A stretch of DNA of 63,581 nt, the filler included, from Octopus bimaculoides (taxonomy: Eukaryota): assembly GCF_001194135.2 (NCBI RefSeq). It is 7 parts of 6 records of this genome, joined end to end, with 100 filler letters (N's around TTAATTAATTAA, not from the genome) between each part and the next. Parts side by side here need not be neighbours in the genome. Positions count along the whole stretch, not along the records: positions 12,928 to 32,555 come from NC_068981.1; positions 32,656 to 49,257 come from NC_068988.1; 5 more parts are not named here. One strand, given 5' to 3'. How positions within the stretch are numbered: the first letter of the stretch is position 1; each line of letters starts with the position of its first letter. The notes beneath the pieces were generated by a model. The model ran no database searches and was not told where the DNA came from. It saw only the letters and a program-made list of their open reading frames with translations. This document shows positions 26,439-38,648 of this stretch, piece by piece. Position numbers and translations under genes: made by a program.

Positions 26439-27684
26439 GTTTAAAGCATTTAGATTTAAACCTTTTAGCGTAGTTATAATTTTTATTTTTAATGAAAATA
26501 TATAAAATTCTGTATAGTATGCTTAGTCTTGCTTTTACAAAGTTTACACTTTTCAATAGTTCCATAAAGACAATAGTTAGAAGCCCTGAAACAAACAACA
26601 ACGACAGTAAATACTGAACACAATATTCTAAAACATGTTGCAGTCTAGAGCTATACTCCGTAAACAAGTATAATATCTTGGTAAATATTACTTTAATAGT
26701 AGTGAGGTTTGCAGTAATGTCTAGTGTTATTCTTTCCTGTATAAATCTTCATTTGGTGAGGCTTGACATCTATATTTTCCATTACAGTTAACAGTATCTG
26801 TTTTGCTATTTACTTTCATTCAATTAGTTTAATTTCTTCCGTATCAAAATTTCACTTTCATTGTCTTAAGCCCCTATATTTAGAAATAAATGTCATGTTA
26901 TACCTTTAGCATGTTCTAGCTCGACCAGAGTTACAATGATTTGTATTCGTGTGTAAAGAACATACAAATAAAGAATAGAATCCCATTCACAAACCCTCAT
27001 TCCAAATTTTATAATTCATTCTTAAGATTAAAAATAAAACAACTTTCAATATTTCTTGTAAAAACAATGTATGCTTTGTTGCTTTTCAAGCTGCATCGAC
27101 AGTGCATAAATGATTAACGTGCTGTTCTACAATATATCTAAACATATAATGTACAGTAAATGCTACATGAATGGATAACAGTATGTACCAAACACTGCTT
27201 AAACATATGGCTATGTACAACAAAAATCACTCAAACAAATAACATTAAGGGGCACTTCATTGAAATTAGCTGTTATATCAATATTTAGGCATAACATATA
27301 ACTGAAAAAAGTGAAGGAAGTTATGCATTAATATCGCTTCTACTAAAGCAAGTTACTAAAGTAAGTTACATTCTTGAAAAAGTCAAGTCGTTTCCATAAT
27401 ATTTCTGCCTTTGGAGCGCTTGAAAATTTTTAACAATTTCTCTGGCTCTTTTCGATCTTGGTCTTCGGACCTCCGATGCTCCAAAATAGAATTAAATTTT
27501 AATGTAGTCCCATTCAACCCCATTTGTTGGGCTCTGTAGTTTTGATGGTGTCCACCTCCTCACCAGGATATGGATGCCCTTAATATACAATGAGCTCGAA
27601 CATCTTTGAAAGATTTATTTTATAATCTTAATGATAATTCACACACTCTCCTCACTGGGCAAGCCCAATGAAAGTCATTTTAAT

Positions 27685-27750
27685 CAGTGGCGTAGCTAGA
27701 GTGTGTGCCACCCAGGGCGGCCATTCAATTAGCCGCCCCCCGTCCCTCAC
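27685..27750 (+). mobile_element. Isolated hAT/MITE-like terminus
   Basis: CAGTGGCGTAGCTAGAG... resembles a common hAT MITE TIR. No partner end is visible (a SINE and a gap follow). Confidence 0.35.
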
Positions 27751-28818
27751 AAAAAATACATATTGTACAGTGTCTCACTCTTAAAGTGGGTGTCTTCTAC
27801 TATAGCCTCAGGCCGATCAAAGCCTTGTGAGTGGATTTGGTAGACGGAAACTGAAAGAAGTCCGTCGTATATGTATATATNNNNNNNNNNNNNNNNNNNN
27901 NNNNNNNNNNNNNNNNNNNNNNNNNNNNNNNNNNNNNNNNNNNNNNNNNNNNNNNNNNNNNNNNNNNNNNNNNNNNNNNNNNNNNNNNNNNNNNNNNNNN
28001 NNNNNNNNNNNNNNNNNNNNNNNNNNNNNNNNNNNNNNNNNNNNNNNNNNNNNNNNNNNNNNNNNNNNNNNNNNNNNNNNNNNNNNNNNNNNNNNNNNNN
28101 NNNNNNNNNNNNNNNNNNNNNNNNNNNNNNNNNNNNNNNNNNNNNNNNNNNNNNNNNNNNNNNNNNNNNNNNNNNNNNNNNNNNNNNNNNNNNNNNNNNN
28201 NNNNNNNNNNNNNNNNNNNNNNNNNNNNNNNNNNNNNNNNNNNNNNNNNNNNNNNNNNNNNNNNNNNNNNNNNNNNNNNNNNNNNNNNNNNNNNNNNNNN
28301 NNNNNNNNNNNNNNNNNNNNNNNNNNNNNNNNNNNNNNNNNNNNNNNNNNNNNNNNNNNNNNNNNNNNNNNNNNNNNNNNNNNNNNNNNNNNNNNNNNNN
28401 NNNNNNNNNNNNNNNNNNNNNNNNNNNNNNNNNNNNNNNNNNNNNNNNNNNNNNNNNNNNNNNNNNNNNNNNNNNNNNNNNNNNNNNNNNNNNNNNNNNN
28501 NNNNNNNNNNNNNNNNNNNNNNNNNNNNNNNNNNNNNNNNNNNNNNNNNNNNNNNNNNNNNNNNNNNNNNNNNNNNNNNNNNNNNNNNNNNNNNNNNNNN
28601 NNNNNNNNNNNNNNNNNNNNNNNNNNNNNNNNNNNNNNNNNNNNNNNNNNNNNNNNNNNNNNNNNNNNNNNNNNNNNNNNNNNNNNNNNNNNNNNNNNNN
28701 NNATATATATATTTATATATATATTGATAGGAAGGACATCAAAAGAAAGAAAGAGACTTCGATATTATGCAAATAGGAATTTATCTGTAAAAATATGTGA
28801 CACTTATTCGGTAGCCAT

Positions 28819-28879
28819 GATAAAACTCCGAGTTTCGGATGCCAGGGTGGGAGCCCACGCCAACATCTCTTCAGTTATC
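28819..28879 (-). ncRNA. Type I hammerhead ribozyme, intact core
   Basis: GATAA-CTGAAGA-GATGTTGG...CTGGCATC-C-GAAA-CTC-G-GAGT-T|TTATC. Helix I is 5 bp, helix II carries an inner GTGGG/CCAC hairpin, and the triplet is GUU. Confidence 0.75.
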
Positions 28880-29469
28880 CGGCCATTGAAAATGCCTGTG
28901 AAAAATGACCGTTAAACAAAGGGAAATTAATGTGTGGTTGACCGTCATTAAGACAAAAGAGCTAATAGACCGCTAAATAAGGGGAGGGGGTAAAAGTAAG
29001 GGAGTAGAGACGTCTATAGGTTCGCGTAAGCGCACCAATCCGTACATTCGCCTATATTTATATACTAAACCACTCGCTTTAAACACACACATGTTCACCC
29101 ACATACTCGCCAAAAACTATACATATATGTACATATGCATATATATATACACGCATACACACCCACACTCACACGCACACAACAACCCCGCACCCATACA
29201 CACGCACACAAAAAAAAATTTATAGAGCTAAAAGCAATAAACACTGTGGGAAAGCTATAAGGTTAAAACGCGTCTAAACTGAGCATATTTTCGCATGCAC
29301 GCACATATATCTATATAAGCACGTACCCGCACACACGTGTTTCACTAATTTGTGTACCATTATAGCTTTCACATTAACTTTACCATTAACTTTCGCATAC
29401 ATAAATATAATATGCTTTAAATACACACCAAGCAAACACAAATTTTATAAGTAACAGTTAAATAAAAAG

Positions 29470-32293
29470 CAAAAACTAGGAACTCCTTTTTATCAATGTT
29501 GTCTTGATCGTGATCTATTTGACACTCATGTTTATCATCTAAAAGATTCAACGGGGTAAGGAAGGCATATACTAACCGTACTCTCCTGTAGTACTCTTTT
29601 CTAATCTTCTCTTTCATTGCTGAATGTTTTATGTCGTTACTTTCGTCAATGCCAAGGTATTTATATGCTTTTTCCTGGTCTAGTGCTCGGATTCTTGCTT
29701 CTGTATCTACGTGGATATCCGCAGAACATGCCAGTTTGCTTCTTATGAAAGTGACTTTCGCGCATTTCTCCAGTCCAAACTGCATCCTGATATCATCACT
29801 GAACTTTTGAACCGTAGCAAGTAGACCTTCTTATTGTTCGTAATTTTTTGAGTACATTTTCAGATCATCCATGTAGAACACATGACTCCCTTTTTTCTTC
29901 TTGATCTCATATCCATACCCGGTTTTGTTGAGCATGGTACTTAATGGTGCCAGTGCCAAGTAGAATATTAAGGGTGATAGCGAGTCCCCTTGGAAGATAG
30001 CACTTTTGATTTTGATTGGTCTGCTTGTTATTGATCCACTGGAATGGTTCAACGTCAACGTAGTTTCCCATGTATTCATGCTGTGTTTCATAAACTTGAT
30101 GAGAGTTGGGGATACTTTGTATACTTCCATCACTTTCAGAATCTATGAATGAGATACACTACCGAACGCCTCTTTATAGTCGATCCATGATGTGCTCAGG
30201 TTCGTTTTCCTGGTTTTGCAGTCTTCAAGGATCATTTTGTTTATCAACAATTGGTTTTTGCATCCGTAGCTCACTCTTCAACAACATTTTTGTTCTTGTG
30301 GTAGTAGGTTGTTTTCTTCTAGGAATGTGTATGTTCTTTCAGTGATTACAGATGTTAATATTTTATACATTGTTGGTAGATAGGTGATTGGTACATAGTT
30401 TTTTGGGGTTTTCTGTGTCATTTGTTTTTGGTATTAGGTATGCCACTCCCTGTGTCAACCAGTGTGGGCTATTTTCTGGGGATTTTATGACTTCGTTGTA
30501 TGCTGATGATATATCTCCATATATATATCAACTAGCTGTTTGATCCAGAAGTTTGGTACTCGATCTATTCCGGTGACTTCCAATTGCTGGCCTTTTCCAG
30601 GGTCAGGGTGACCTCCTCCTTTTGAATATCTTCCCATTCCTGTTCTTCTTTATTTTCCAGGAGTGTTTCTTGTTCCTTAATCCATTCTACATCTTCATTA
30701 TGTTGTTTTTCATTTTCCCATATCGTACTCCAGAAATTTTCCATATCCTCTTTCTTTGGCGGTTGCTCAACATTTATTTGTTGTTTATCGAGTTCCCTGT
30801 AAAATTTCTTTCCATCTTCTTTAAATAATTTGTTTTGTCTAAATTGTTTGCTTCTCTTTATATATCGTGACAGTCGTTGTGCCTTTGCTTGGATTTTTGC
30901 TTTAGGTATTTCAATTCTTTTGCTTCATCCCATGCTTTTTGCATATTTTCTTGACTTTTCTTTGGTTGACCTGTTTCCGTTACTTATTTCGGTCAGTATT
31001 GATAGGTCGCTTCTCATGCATCGTATGCCCTTTTCTAAGTTTTCTTTCCATTTTGGTTGTCTTTTCTTCTGTTGAACAGTTTTCTTTTTTAGTTTTATGC
31101 CTTTTGCTTTAATAATAGCAGCAGCTGTTGGTTTAGCGAAGTTATATTTAGTGGTTCTATTGTTGCTGATTTTATCTCATCTATTACATTATTGCCCATT
31201 TTAATCAACTCCTCCAGGTTCTTATCCATACTGACTTTTGGTAGGGGCTCTCTGTCTGTGGTGTCTTGTGCTTTTACCTGTTCCCATTTTCCCTGTATTT
31301 CTTCTTTTAGTTCCAGATATTTCTCCCTATCCATGTCACTGTTTCGTGGTGTTGGTTGTTTTACAGGTTCTTCTATCTCATTACCCACAGAGGGCTCCTC
31401 AAATATACCCTCTTCTTGGTTTTCTGTAGTCCCTATTATTATTTCATTTGTATTTGGTGTTATACGGTGAGATCTCTTGACTTTTTTCTTTTATTTCTTC
31501 CAGCTCAGTGTCTGTGAGCCTCCTGTTTTTAATGATATCTCTTCGGACATTCTCTAACTTGTTGGGTTCCATATTTAACCTTGAAGTTGGATTTTGTTGT
31601 CTCCATAATTGATAAGTCCTTTTTATCGTGTTATCTTCTAATGATGTGACTACCGCCGTGTAGTATGCTTCCATTACTAGTTTATACTCTTGCCGATTCC
31701 ATTTAGTTCTAGGGATTTTGCGTGTAGTATGGCTTGTATCGGTGGGGCTCAAGTTGAGGTTTTCCTCGGTTAAGTTGCCCACAGTTGCCCGGGAGTGGTT
31801 AGAGTTTGAATCAGTAACCAACTTTTCGCTGCCAGCCTGACTCCTCACTAGGGGGCGTGCTCCTTGTTGAACCGCGAGACGAGTGATGCAGTGTGGGTTG
31901 TTTTTATTGACTTTATCCTTTATTGGTTAACTACTGGGTATATTTATGGTGATTGGCCACATACTCCTTAAGTACCTGAGTGTGCCCTATGCGTATCACA
32001 CACATTGCTGGTTCCGCCTTCAAGGCCGTTGTCTATCTGACTCTATGGGTCATCCGCCCTTTCCGCCGTCTCAAGCTTCATGCACTTAAGGGAAGGTATC
32101 CCTTCAGCCACAACAGCAGTCTAACTGCCGTTGCCTCTCACTTGGTTTAGCACCACTGTCGAGTGGAGGTCTTGTGGTATGACCACCAGCGTGCACAACC
32201 GGCTACTTGGAGTCATAAGTGAGAGTTGAGCTTTTGTTGTGAACTAGTGATCATCATCCATGCTCTTGGCATGCGACAGATGGTGAAAAGAAG
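29470..32293 (-). mobile_element. R4/Dong-clade non-LTR retrotransposon, 5'-intact, 3'-truncated, degenerate
   Basis: RTKWNRQEYKLVMEAYY N-terminus; GCKNQLLINKMILED, WIDYKEAF, IFQGDSLSPL, FYMDDLK, FGLEKCAK and YKYLGI...KIRKEYYRRVRLV. The 5' end abuts (TAA)n. Confidence 0.88.
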
Positions 32294-32493
<200 letters not shown>

Positions 32494-32498
<5 letters not shown>

Positions 32499-32555
32499 TC
32501 ATTGCCTGGAATCGAACTCGGAATCTTGGGATTAGTAGCCTGCGCTCTTACTCAC
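32494..32555 (-). mobile_element. Short tRNA-derived head fragment followed by (AAT)n
   Basis: Minus strand ...GAGCGCAGGCTACTAATCCCAAGATTCCGAGTTCGATTCCAGGC... has a B-box. The 5' part lies in a gap. Confidence 0.55.
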
Positions 32556-32659
32556 NNNNNNNNNNNNNNNNNNNNNNNNNNNNNNNNNNNNNNNNNNNNT
32601 TAATTAATTAANNNNNNNNNNNNNNNNNNNNNNNNNNNNNNNNNNNNNNNNNNNNATAT

Positions 32660-34663
32660 ATATATAGGAAGATGAAGAAAAATGCCTTCGTTTCACATAG
32701 TTTAATATTTTTTTATATAAACATATACCTATTATATGGGTGTTGTAAAATCCAACCGATTTTCGCTATTTAAATTAGCTTTCCAAGGGGCATTATATAG
32801 TGATTAATTCGCATGATGAAGGAGTTCCGCCATCTTGGCTGTTTGAAAAATAAGAAAAGGTTTAGAGAGTGAACCAAGGGAGGTAATGGGTGTCAAGGGA
32901 GATAACTGACAAGATAATTTTTAAGGTTGTCAGATTTGAATATTGAGTTATGGTTTATATTTTTGAATGATTAAGTTCTCTTTATTTAGTCGTTCTTGCA
33001 TAAGATAAGGAAATTCAATTTAAATAAGGAAATTCAATTTAAATCACCTGCGCATCTGTCAATATGTCCGCTCAGTGCAATTTGCCTGTACTGGGGGAAG
33101 CGAATCTGTTCCTTATGCAACGTGACTCTGCGTCTCAAAGAAAGGTTCGTTTGGCCTACATAGTTATGGCCACAACCTGAGTAGGTTAGGACATAGACAA
33201 GGTTGTGGGAGACACATGTGAAGTTAGTTTTCACTTAGGTGTGGGCATGTTCCACAATTGGGTCGTCTGCATTTTTTAACTGTTGGTGTTGTATGTATTG
33301 AGTATAGTTTTGCATATGTATGGAGTCTCTTGAGTGATTTGTCTTGTCTTTTACATTCTAGTAATTTGTGTTTGTTTAGGATGCTGTTCATTTTCGGGTC
33401 TTGAGTGAGTATAAGAAGATTTTGTATAATTGTGTTGTATGCTTCGTTGTTTCTAGGGTTGTGGGTTGATATGTATGGGAGTGATTTGAGCTGAGGTGTG
33501 GTGTTTTATTTTGTTGTTCTTAGTGTGTTTGTGTCCAATTTCTTGACACGTTCAATTCCATGTTCTATAAGTGTAGCTGGGTACTGACGTTCGATGAGTG
33601 TTATTTTGAGTTCTTGCAATCGAAGTTCCCGAGTGGTTGTGTCAGATACAATCGTACAAATCCTTTTTGCTAGATTGAATGGAATATTTATTTTGGTGTG
33701 TTTAGGATGGCATGAACTGAAAAGGAATTACTGCTTAGAGTCTGTTGGTTTGTAGTAAATGTCAGTTGCGATGTGGTTGTTGGACTTTTTTAAAATCAAG
33801 ATGTCCAGAAAAGGGAGCTGTTCCTTGCTATATTCCATGATAAACTGGATGTTGGGATTAATANNNNNNNNNNNNNNNNNNNNNNNNNNNNNNNNNNNNN
33901 NNNNNNNNNNNNNNNNNNNNNNNNNNNNNNNNNNNNNNNNNNNNNNNNNNNNNNNNNNNNNNNNNNNNNNNNNNNNNNNNNNNNNNNNNNNNNNNNNNNN
34001 NNNNNNNNNNNNNNNNNNNNNNNNNNNNNNNNNNNNNNNNNNNNNNNNNNNNNNNNNNNNNNNNNNNNNNNNNNNNNNNNNNNNNNNNNNNNNNNNNNNN
34101 NNNNNNNNNNNNNNNNNNNNNNNNNNNNNNNNNNNNNNNNNNNNNNNNNNNNNNNNNNNNNNNNNNNNNNNNNNNNNNNNNNNNNNNNNNNNNNNNNNNN
34201 NNNNNNNNNNNNNNNNNNNNNNNNNNNNNNNNNNNNNNNNNNNNNNNNNNNNNNNNNNNNNNNNNNNNNNNNNNNNNNNNNNNNNNNNNNNNNNNNNNNN
34301 NNNNNNNNNNNNNNNNNNNNNNNNNNNNNNNNNNNNNNNNNNNNNNNNNNNNNNNNNNNNNNNNNNNNNNNNNNNNNNNNNNNNNNNNNNNNNNNNNNNN
34401 NNNNNNNNNNNNNNNNNNNNNNNNNNNNNNNNNNNNNNNNNNNNNNNNNNNNCATAGAAAAGGCTGGGTTTGCATTTGAAGTTGGTAATGTAGTCTTTTT
34501 CTTTTTCTGTTAGGCCTTTTCCGTGTTTGAGTATTAGAGTTTCAAGATTAAACAATTTTTTTGGCTGCCTGTAATTTGCAACTTTTTCATAGAAGGAGTC
34601 ATTTTCTAGTATGGACAGTGTTAGCTTTTTGTAGTTGTTTACTGAATCTTCAGTATTTTTGCT

Positions 34664-34670
<7 letters not shown>
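32660..34670 (-). mobile_element. Penelope-like element (RT + GIY-YIG), degenerate
   Basis: INPNIQFIMEYSKEQLPFLDILI...DIYYKPTDS (RT end), CHPKHTKINIP, a CRRPNCGTC linker, and LVYVLTYSGCGHNYVGQT...RRRVTLH (GIY-YIG). The RT core lies in the gap. Confidence 0.88.
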
Positions 34671-34707
<37 letters not shown>

Positions 34708-35239
34708 GACGGGTTTCTTTGTTTCCGTCTATATATATATATGTGTGTGTGTGTGTGCGTGTGTGTGTGCGTGTGTGTGTGCGTGTGTTTATGTGCGCGC
34801 GTGCGTGCGTGCGTGTGTGTGTGTGTGTGTATGAGTCTTTATGTCTGTCCTGCACCCAACGATCATAGCTTGACAACAAGTCTTGGTATGCTTACGTACC
34901 CGTAACTTAGCGGTTCTCTATATATATGTACGCATGTCTGTATGGTAAGAAGATTGTTTCTAGTTATAGACTACGGTCGTTATTTGTGTTTCGTGCTGAA
35001 ACACAAGTTTCTCCAAATCACATGCTTGCACCCCAGAATTGGCTCTTCCCCCCACAATTGGCTCGGGCGGTAGCAATATCAACTCACGTCTCGTGGATCT
35101 GCTTAAGCGCTTCCAGCTTACAGATCGATACAGGCTTGACCATCCGAACTTCTAAGGGTGAACCTGGATTAGTGGCGAAGGAAGGTTCAAGTCTTACTTA
35201 GATAGGATAGTAATTAGAACTAGAGATAAGGCTAGTTTT

Positions 35240-37415
35240 AGTTGCCCACAGCTTGTTCATAGAATGTAGGCTGAACATAGATAGTACAGTTAAGCGAGGA
35301 TCGGGCTACTGGAAGCTGAACAAATATACTTTGACTTGCGAGGCATACCGTAGCCGGATTAAGGAACTAGTACAGAGGGCATTACCCGGCGCCGTGGTTA
35401 ATAACTGGTGGTGGTGTGCCCTCAAGAGAGCCATTCGTTTTTAGTGTATTAGGTTTAGCCATCAGCTAAGACTAGATAAGGCCAGAATAGAAGGGCAATT
35501 AATTAAGGACTTAGAAGTGGCGTTGAGGTTGGGCTCTGCATCCCACATTTTGGCAGCGAGAACGGCCTTAGACCGTCACCTCAAAGCCAAACACGAGAGG
35601 TGCAGAGTTCGGGCTAAAGTGCGAGCATTGGTACGTGAGAGAATTAATGTTGCCGGGTGGGCCCGTACGGTAGAAACCCAGCGTGGCAATGATGCCACAA
35701 TTAGATCTCTGGTTGATGACAATGGGTGTTCGGTCGATGAACAGAACGAGATCTGTGAGGCGCTTTACAAGCACTTTACCGAGTTGTTCGGGAGGAGCGG
35801 GACGCTGGATCATGATTGGCGGCCCGCGTCTCTCGGCACAAGAGGCTGAGTGCTGTGAAGGGCCAATCACAGCCGAGGAGGTGATCGAGATACTGGGCGA
35901 ATGCCCCGGTGAGAAGTCGCCGGGTCTCGATGGTCTACCTTATGAATTCTATAAAAGCATGCCAGACTTGTTCGAGCACCTGCTGACCAGCGTTTACACC
36001 AAGTGGCAACACAATGGGAGAATTCCCAAGTCTGCAAGCCGGTGGATGGTGACGTTGATCAGAAAGGACCCAAGCAAGGGGGACGAGATAAGCAATTTTA
36101 GACCCATAACTTTGCTAAACACAGAGTTAAAGATTTTGGCCAAGGTGCTAGCGAAAAGGTTGATGCAGGTCGTGGACAGACTTGTTGGCGGGGCCAAACT
36201 TGCACCATCCTGGGTAGGTCGATCCAATATAATTTCCACCTTATACGCTCTCCTTAGAAGCTTTCTAGCGCAGGGGGAGGCACTGGTACATTTAGGCCAG
36301 TCTAAAGCATTTGATAGGGTCGACCAACGGTACTTGGCGGCTGCCCTCGAGAAGGCTGGCCTCTGGGCCCGGCCTACCGCGGTTGGATTGCTGCTTTGTA
36401 CAGTGACATCGAGTCTGTTGTCAAAGTGAATTGTTTCCTTTCGAAGCTATTTAGGATCGAGCGCTCAGTGCGTCAGGGGTGTCCCCTGTCTCCGCTTTTG
36501 TATGTGTTGGCATTTGAGCCATTGCTGCGGAAGTTTGAGGCACTAGGGGGTGCGCCAAGTGATCTGTGGTGTGAAAGAGGAGCTAAGGCGTATGCGGATG
36601 ACATCTCCATCATCGTGACGGATGAGGGCCAGTGATGGAAGAGTCAATCAAAAGGAGCAAAGGTTAACAAGGACAAGTCGGTCGGTTTGCAACTCGGCAC
36701 CTGGGAGGGTAAGCGCTGGCGTCCAATAATGTCGTGGGGCGTTGGGCGGAAGGTCCTGTTAAGCTGCTTGGGGTCTGGTTTGGCCCAGACCTCAAGATAG
36801 AGAAAGAAATGGAGTGAGGTAACCAGTAAGCTGACTGCTCTAATCCAGTCCTGGTCTGGGCGGGCGTTATCCTTGCTAGGAAAGGCAGAGGTGGTGCAGA
36901 TGTTTATAGCATCAGTTATCACCTACCGTCTGACCGTGGTGCCTTGCCCCGATTTGTGGCTGATCAAGTTGGAGAGAATCCTTTTCCGCATTTTGTGGAA
37001 GGGAGGGATGCCGCTTGTGAAGGGCTCTGTCTGCTGCCAGAAACCGCTAAAGGGTGGGCTAGGGATGCATTGGCTGAGGATGCGAAAACTCGCGTTAAAG
37101 TTGAGGCACCCCTGGCTTTACCTGGATGGGAAGCATGTGTGGTAACCTCACGTCCGGTTCTACCTTCCGCGTTTAACGTCCTTAAACAGACATTGGTACA
37201 TGGATCAAGCAGAGACCTGGGCTGGGAGACTGGCAATTGGAATGTAGCCAGGCGTTTCAGCTACTTTCTCGGGTGTGCAGTACCAGCAACAGGAGTTCCA
37301 CCGCGGAATTCTATACCGGGTTAGTGGGATCTATGTCAGAAGACGCCTTGGGGGAGACCCTGGGCTACGATGAAAATCAGCTGATCAACCTGTTCAGAAG
37401 AACGTTCGCGCCGAG
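35240..37415 (+). mobile_element. L1/Tx1-clade LINE ORF2 relic
   Basis: GSGYWKLN, KSPGLDGLPYEFY, NFRPITLLNTELKILAKVLAKRL, KAFDRV, VRQGCPLSPLL, YADDISI, SWSGRALSLLGKA and PLKGGLGM. Frameshifted. Confidence 0.88.
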
Positions 37416-37491
37416 GCATCTATCTATCTATCTATCTATCTATCTATAGAGAGAGAGAAAGAGAGAGTAAAAAAGCAACAAAAATATCACA

Positions 37492-37537
37492 AAAACTGTT
37501 ACTCAGAGCTTCACGTTCCCGTTCGTCGGACAGTTTT
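37492..37537 (-). ncRNA. Minimal type I hammerhead with two core substitutions
   Basis: AAAACTGT-CCGACGA-ACG-GGAA-CGT-GAAG-CTC-T-GAGT-A|ACAGTTTT. Helix I is 8 bp and helix II has a GNRA loop. U4C and A15.1G changes make it probably inactive. Confidence 0.75.
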
Positions 37538-38099
37538 ATTTAGAATGGAACAAAAATAAGGTTATATGCATAAATATACAATTAGTTTCATATAAAAATC
37601 GAAGAAAATCAAAAATACCTTATAACGGAGGAAAAGGCCTGAATACCCAAGGTAAATAAGTAACTGTAAAATATTAATAAATTAATAAATTAAAAGATAC
37701 ATCCGTTTTAATAAAATCAGATAGTAAGTTGGGAGTCGGAAGAGAAAGAAAACAGTGGAAAAGAAGAAAAGGAAATAAAAGAAAGAGAAACAGAAAATTA
37801 GAGAGAGAAAAGGAAAAAATATACCGGGATAGAGATTGTGAATCGACGGCGTTCGAAAAGTATCTAATGAAGGTTAGATACTACGTTTAGCTTGCGAAAC
37901 GAACACATAAAAACGCACATATAAAATTACATATATATCTACATAAATACAAATATACATGCAAATACACACATATAGATATGCATTCAAATATACAAAA
38001 AATATGTACGCAGATACATGCCCACATATATAAAAGTATATACACACACACACATACATACTCTTTATTCTTTTACTTGTTATGTATATATATATATAT

Positions 38100-38300
38100 T
38101 ATTTACTCTACTTCTTGTTTCAGTCCTTTGACTGTGTCCATGCTGGAGTACCGCGCTTAGTCGAGCAAATTGACCCCAGGACTTATTCTTTGTAAGCCAA
38201 GTACTTATTCTATCGGCCTCTTTTGCTGAACCGCTAAGTTACGGGGACGTGAACACACCAGCATCGGTTGTCAAGCGATGTCGGGAGGGGAGACACAAAC
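38100..38300 (-). mobile_element. SINE-like repeat family C
   Basis: Colinear with 3523-3714. Confidence 0.8.
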
Positions 38301-38532
38301 ACAGACACACAAACACAGACACACAAACACACAGACACACACGCACGCACACACACACACACACACACACACGCAGACACACATATAAATATATATAATA
38401 TACTTGTTAGATTATTTTATAATGGATGTAGGATTGATTATGGAATGGTTATTATTTTGATATTTTAATAATGTTTTTTCTATCTTTATATAAGTAATTT
38501 ATATACATTCATTTATTATTATTGTTGTATTT

Positions 38533-38648
38533 TAACCTGAAGATTAGCTATATTTTTGAATAGAATTGATTTTCGTTACTTTTAATCGATTTTAATCGAT
38601 TTAAATTTCTTTCTATTTCAAAAATTGGTTATGAAACACGTGTAGTCA
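38533..38648 (+). ncRNA. Type I hammerhead with extended helix II, intact core
   Basis: TAAC-CTGAAGA(38537-38543)-T-TAGCTATATTTTTGAATAGAA...TTCTATTTCAAAAATTGGTTA-T-GAAA-CACGTGT-A|GTCA. Helix III is the palindrome ACACGTGT; helix I has one mismatch. Confidence 0.75.

Noticed and set aside
32040-32240. Twister or HDV ribozyme in the Dong 5' UTR
   Set aside because: Conserved junction residues and pseudoknot order did not fit by eye. Kept only as an unassigned structured RNA.
37860-37912. CTAATGA...GAAACG hammerhead-like string
   Set aside because: Core mutated and no helix I or III partner. Better explained as a simple AGTATCTAA/TTAGATACT hairpin.
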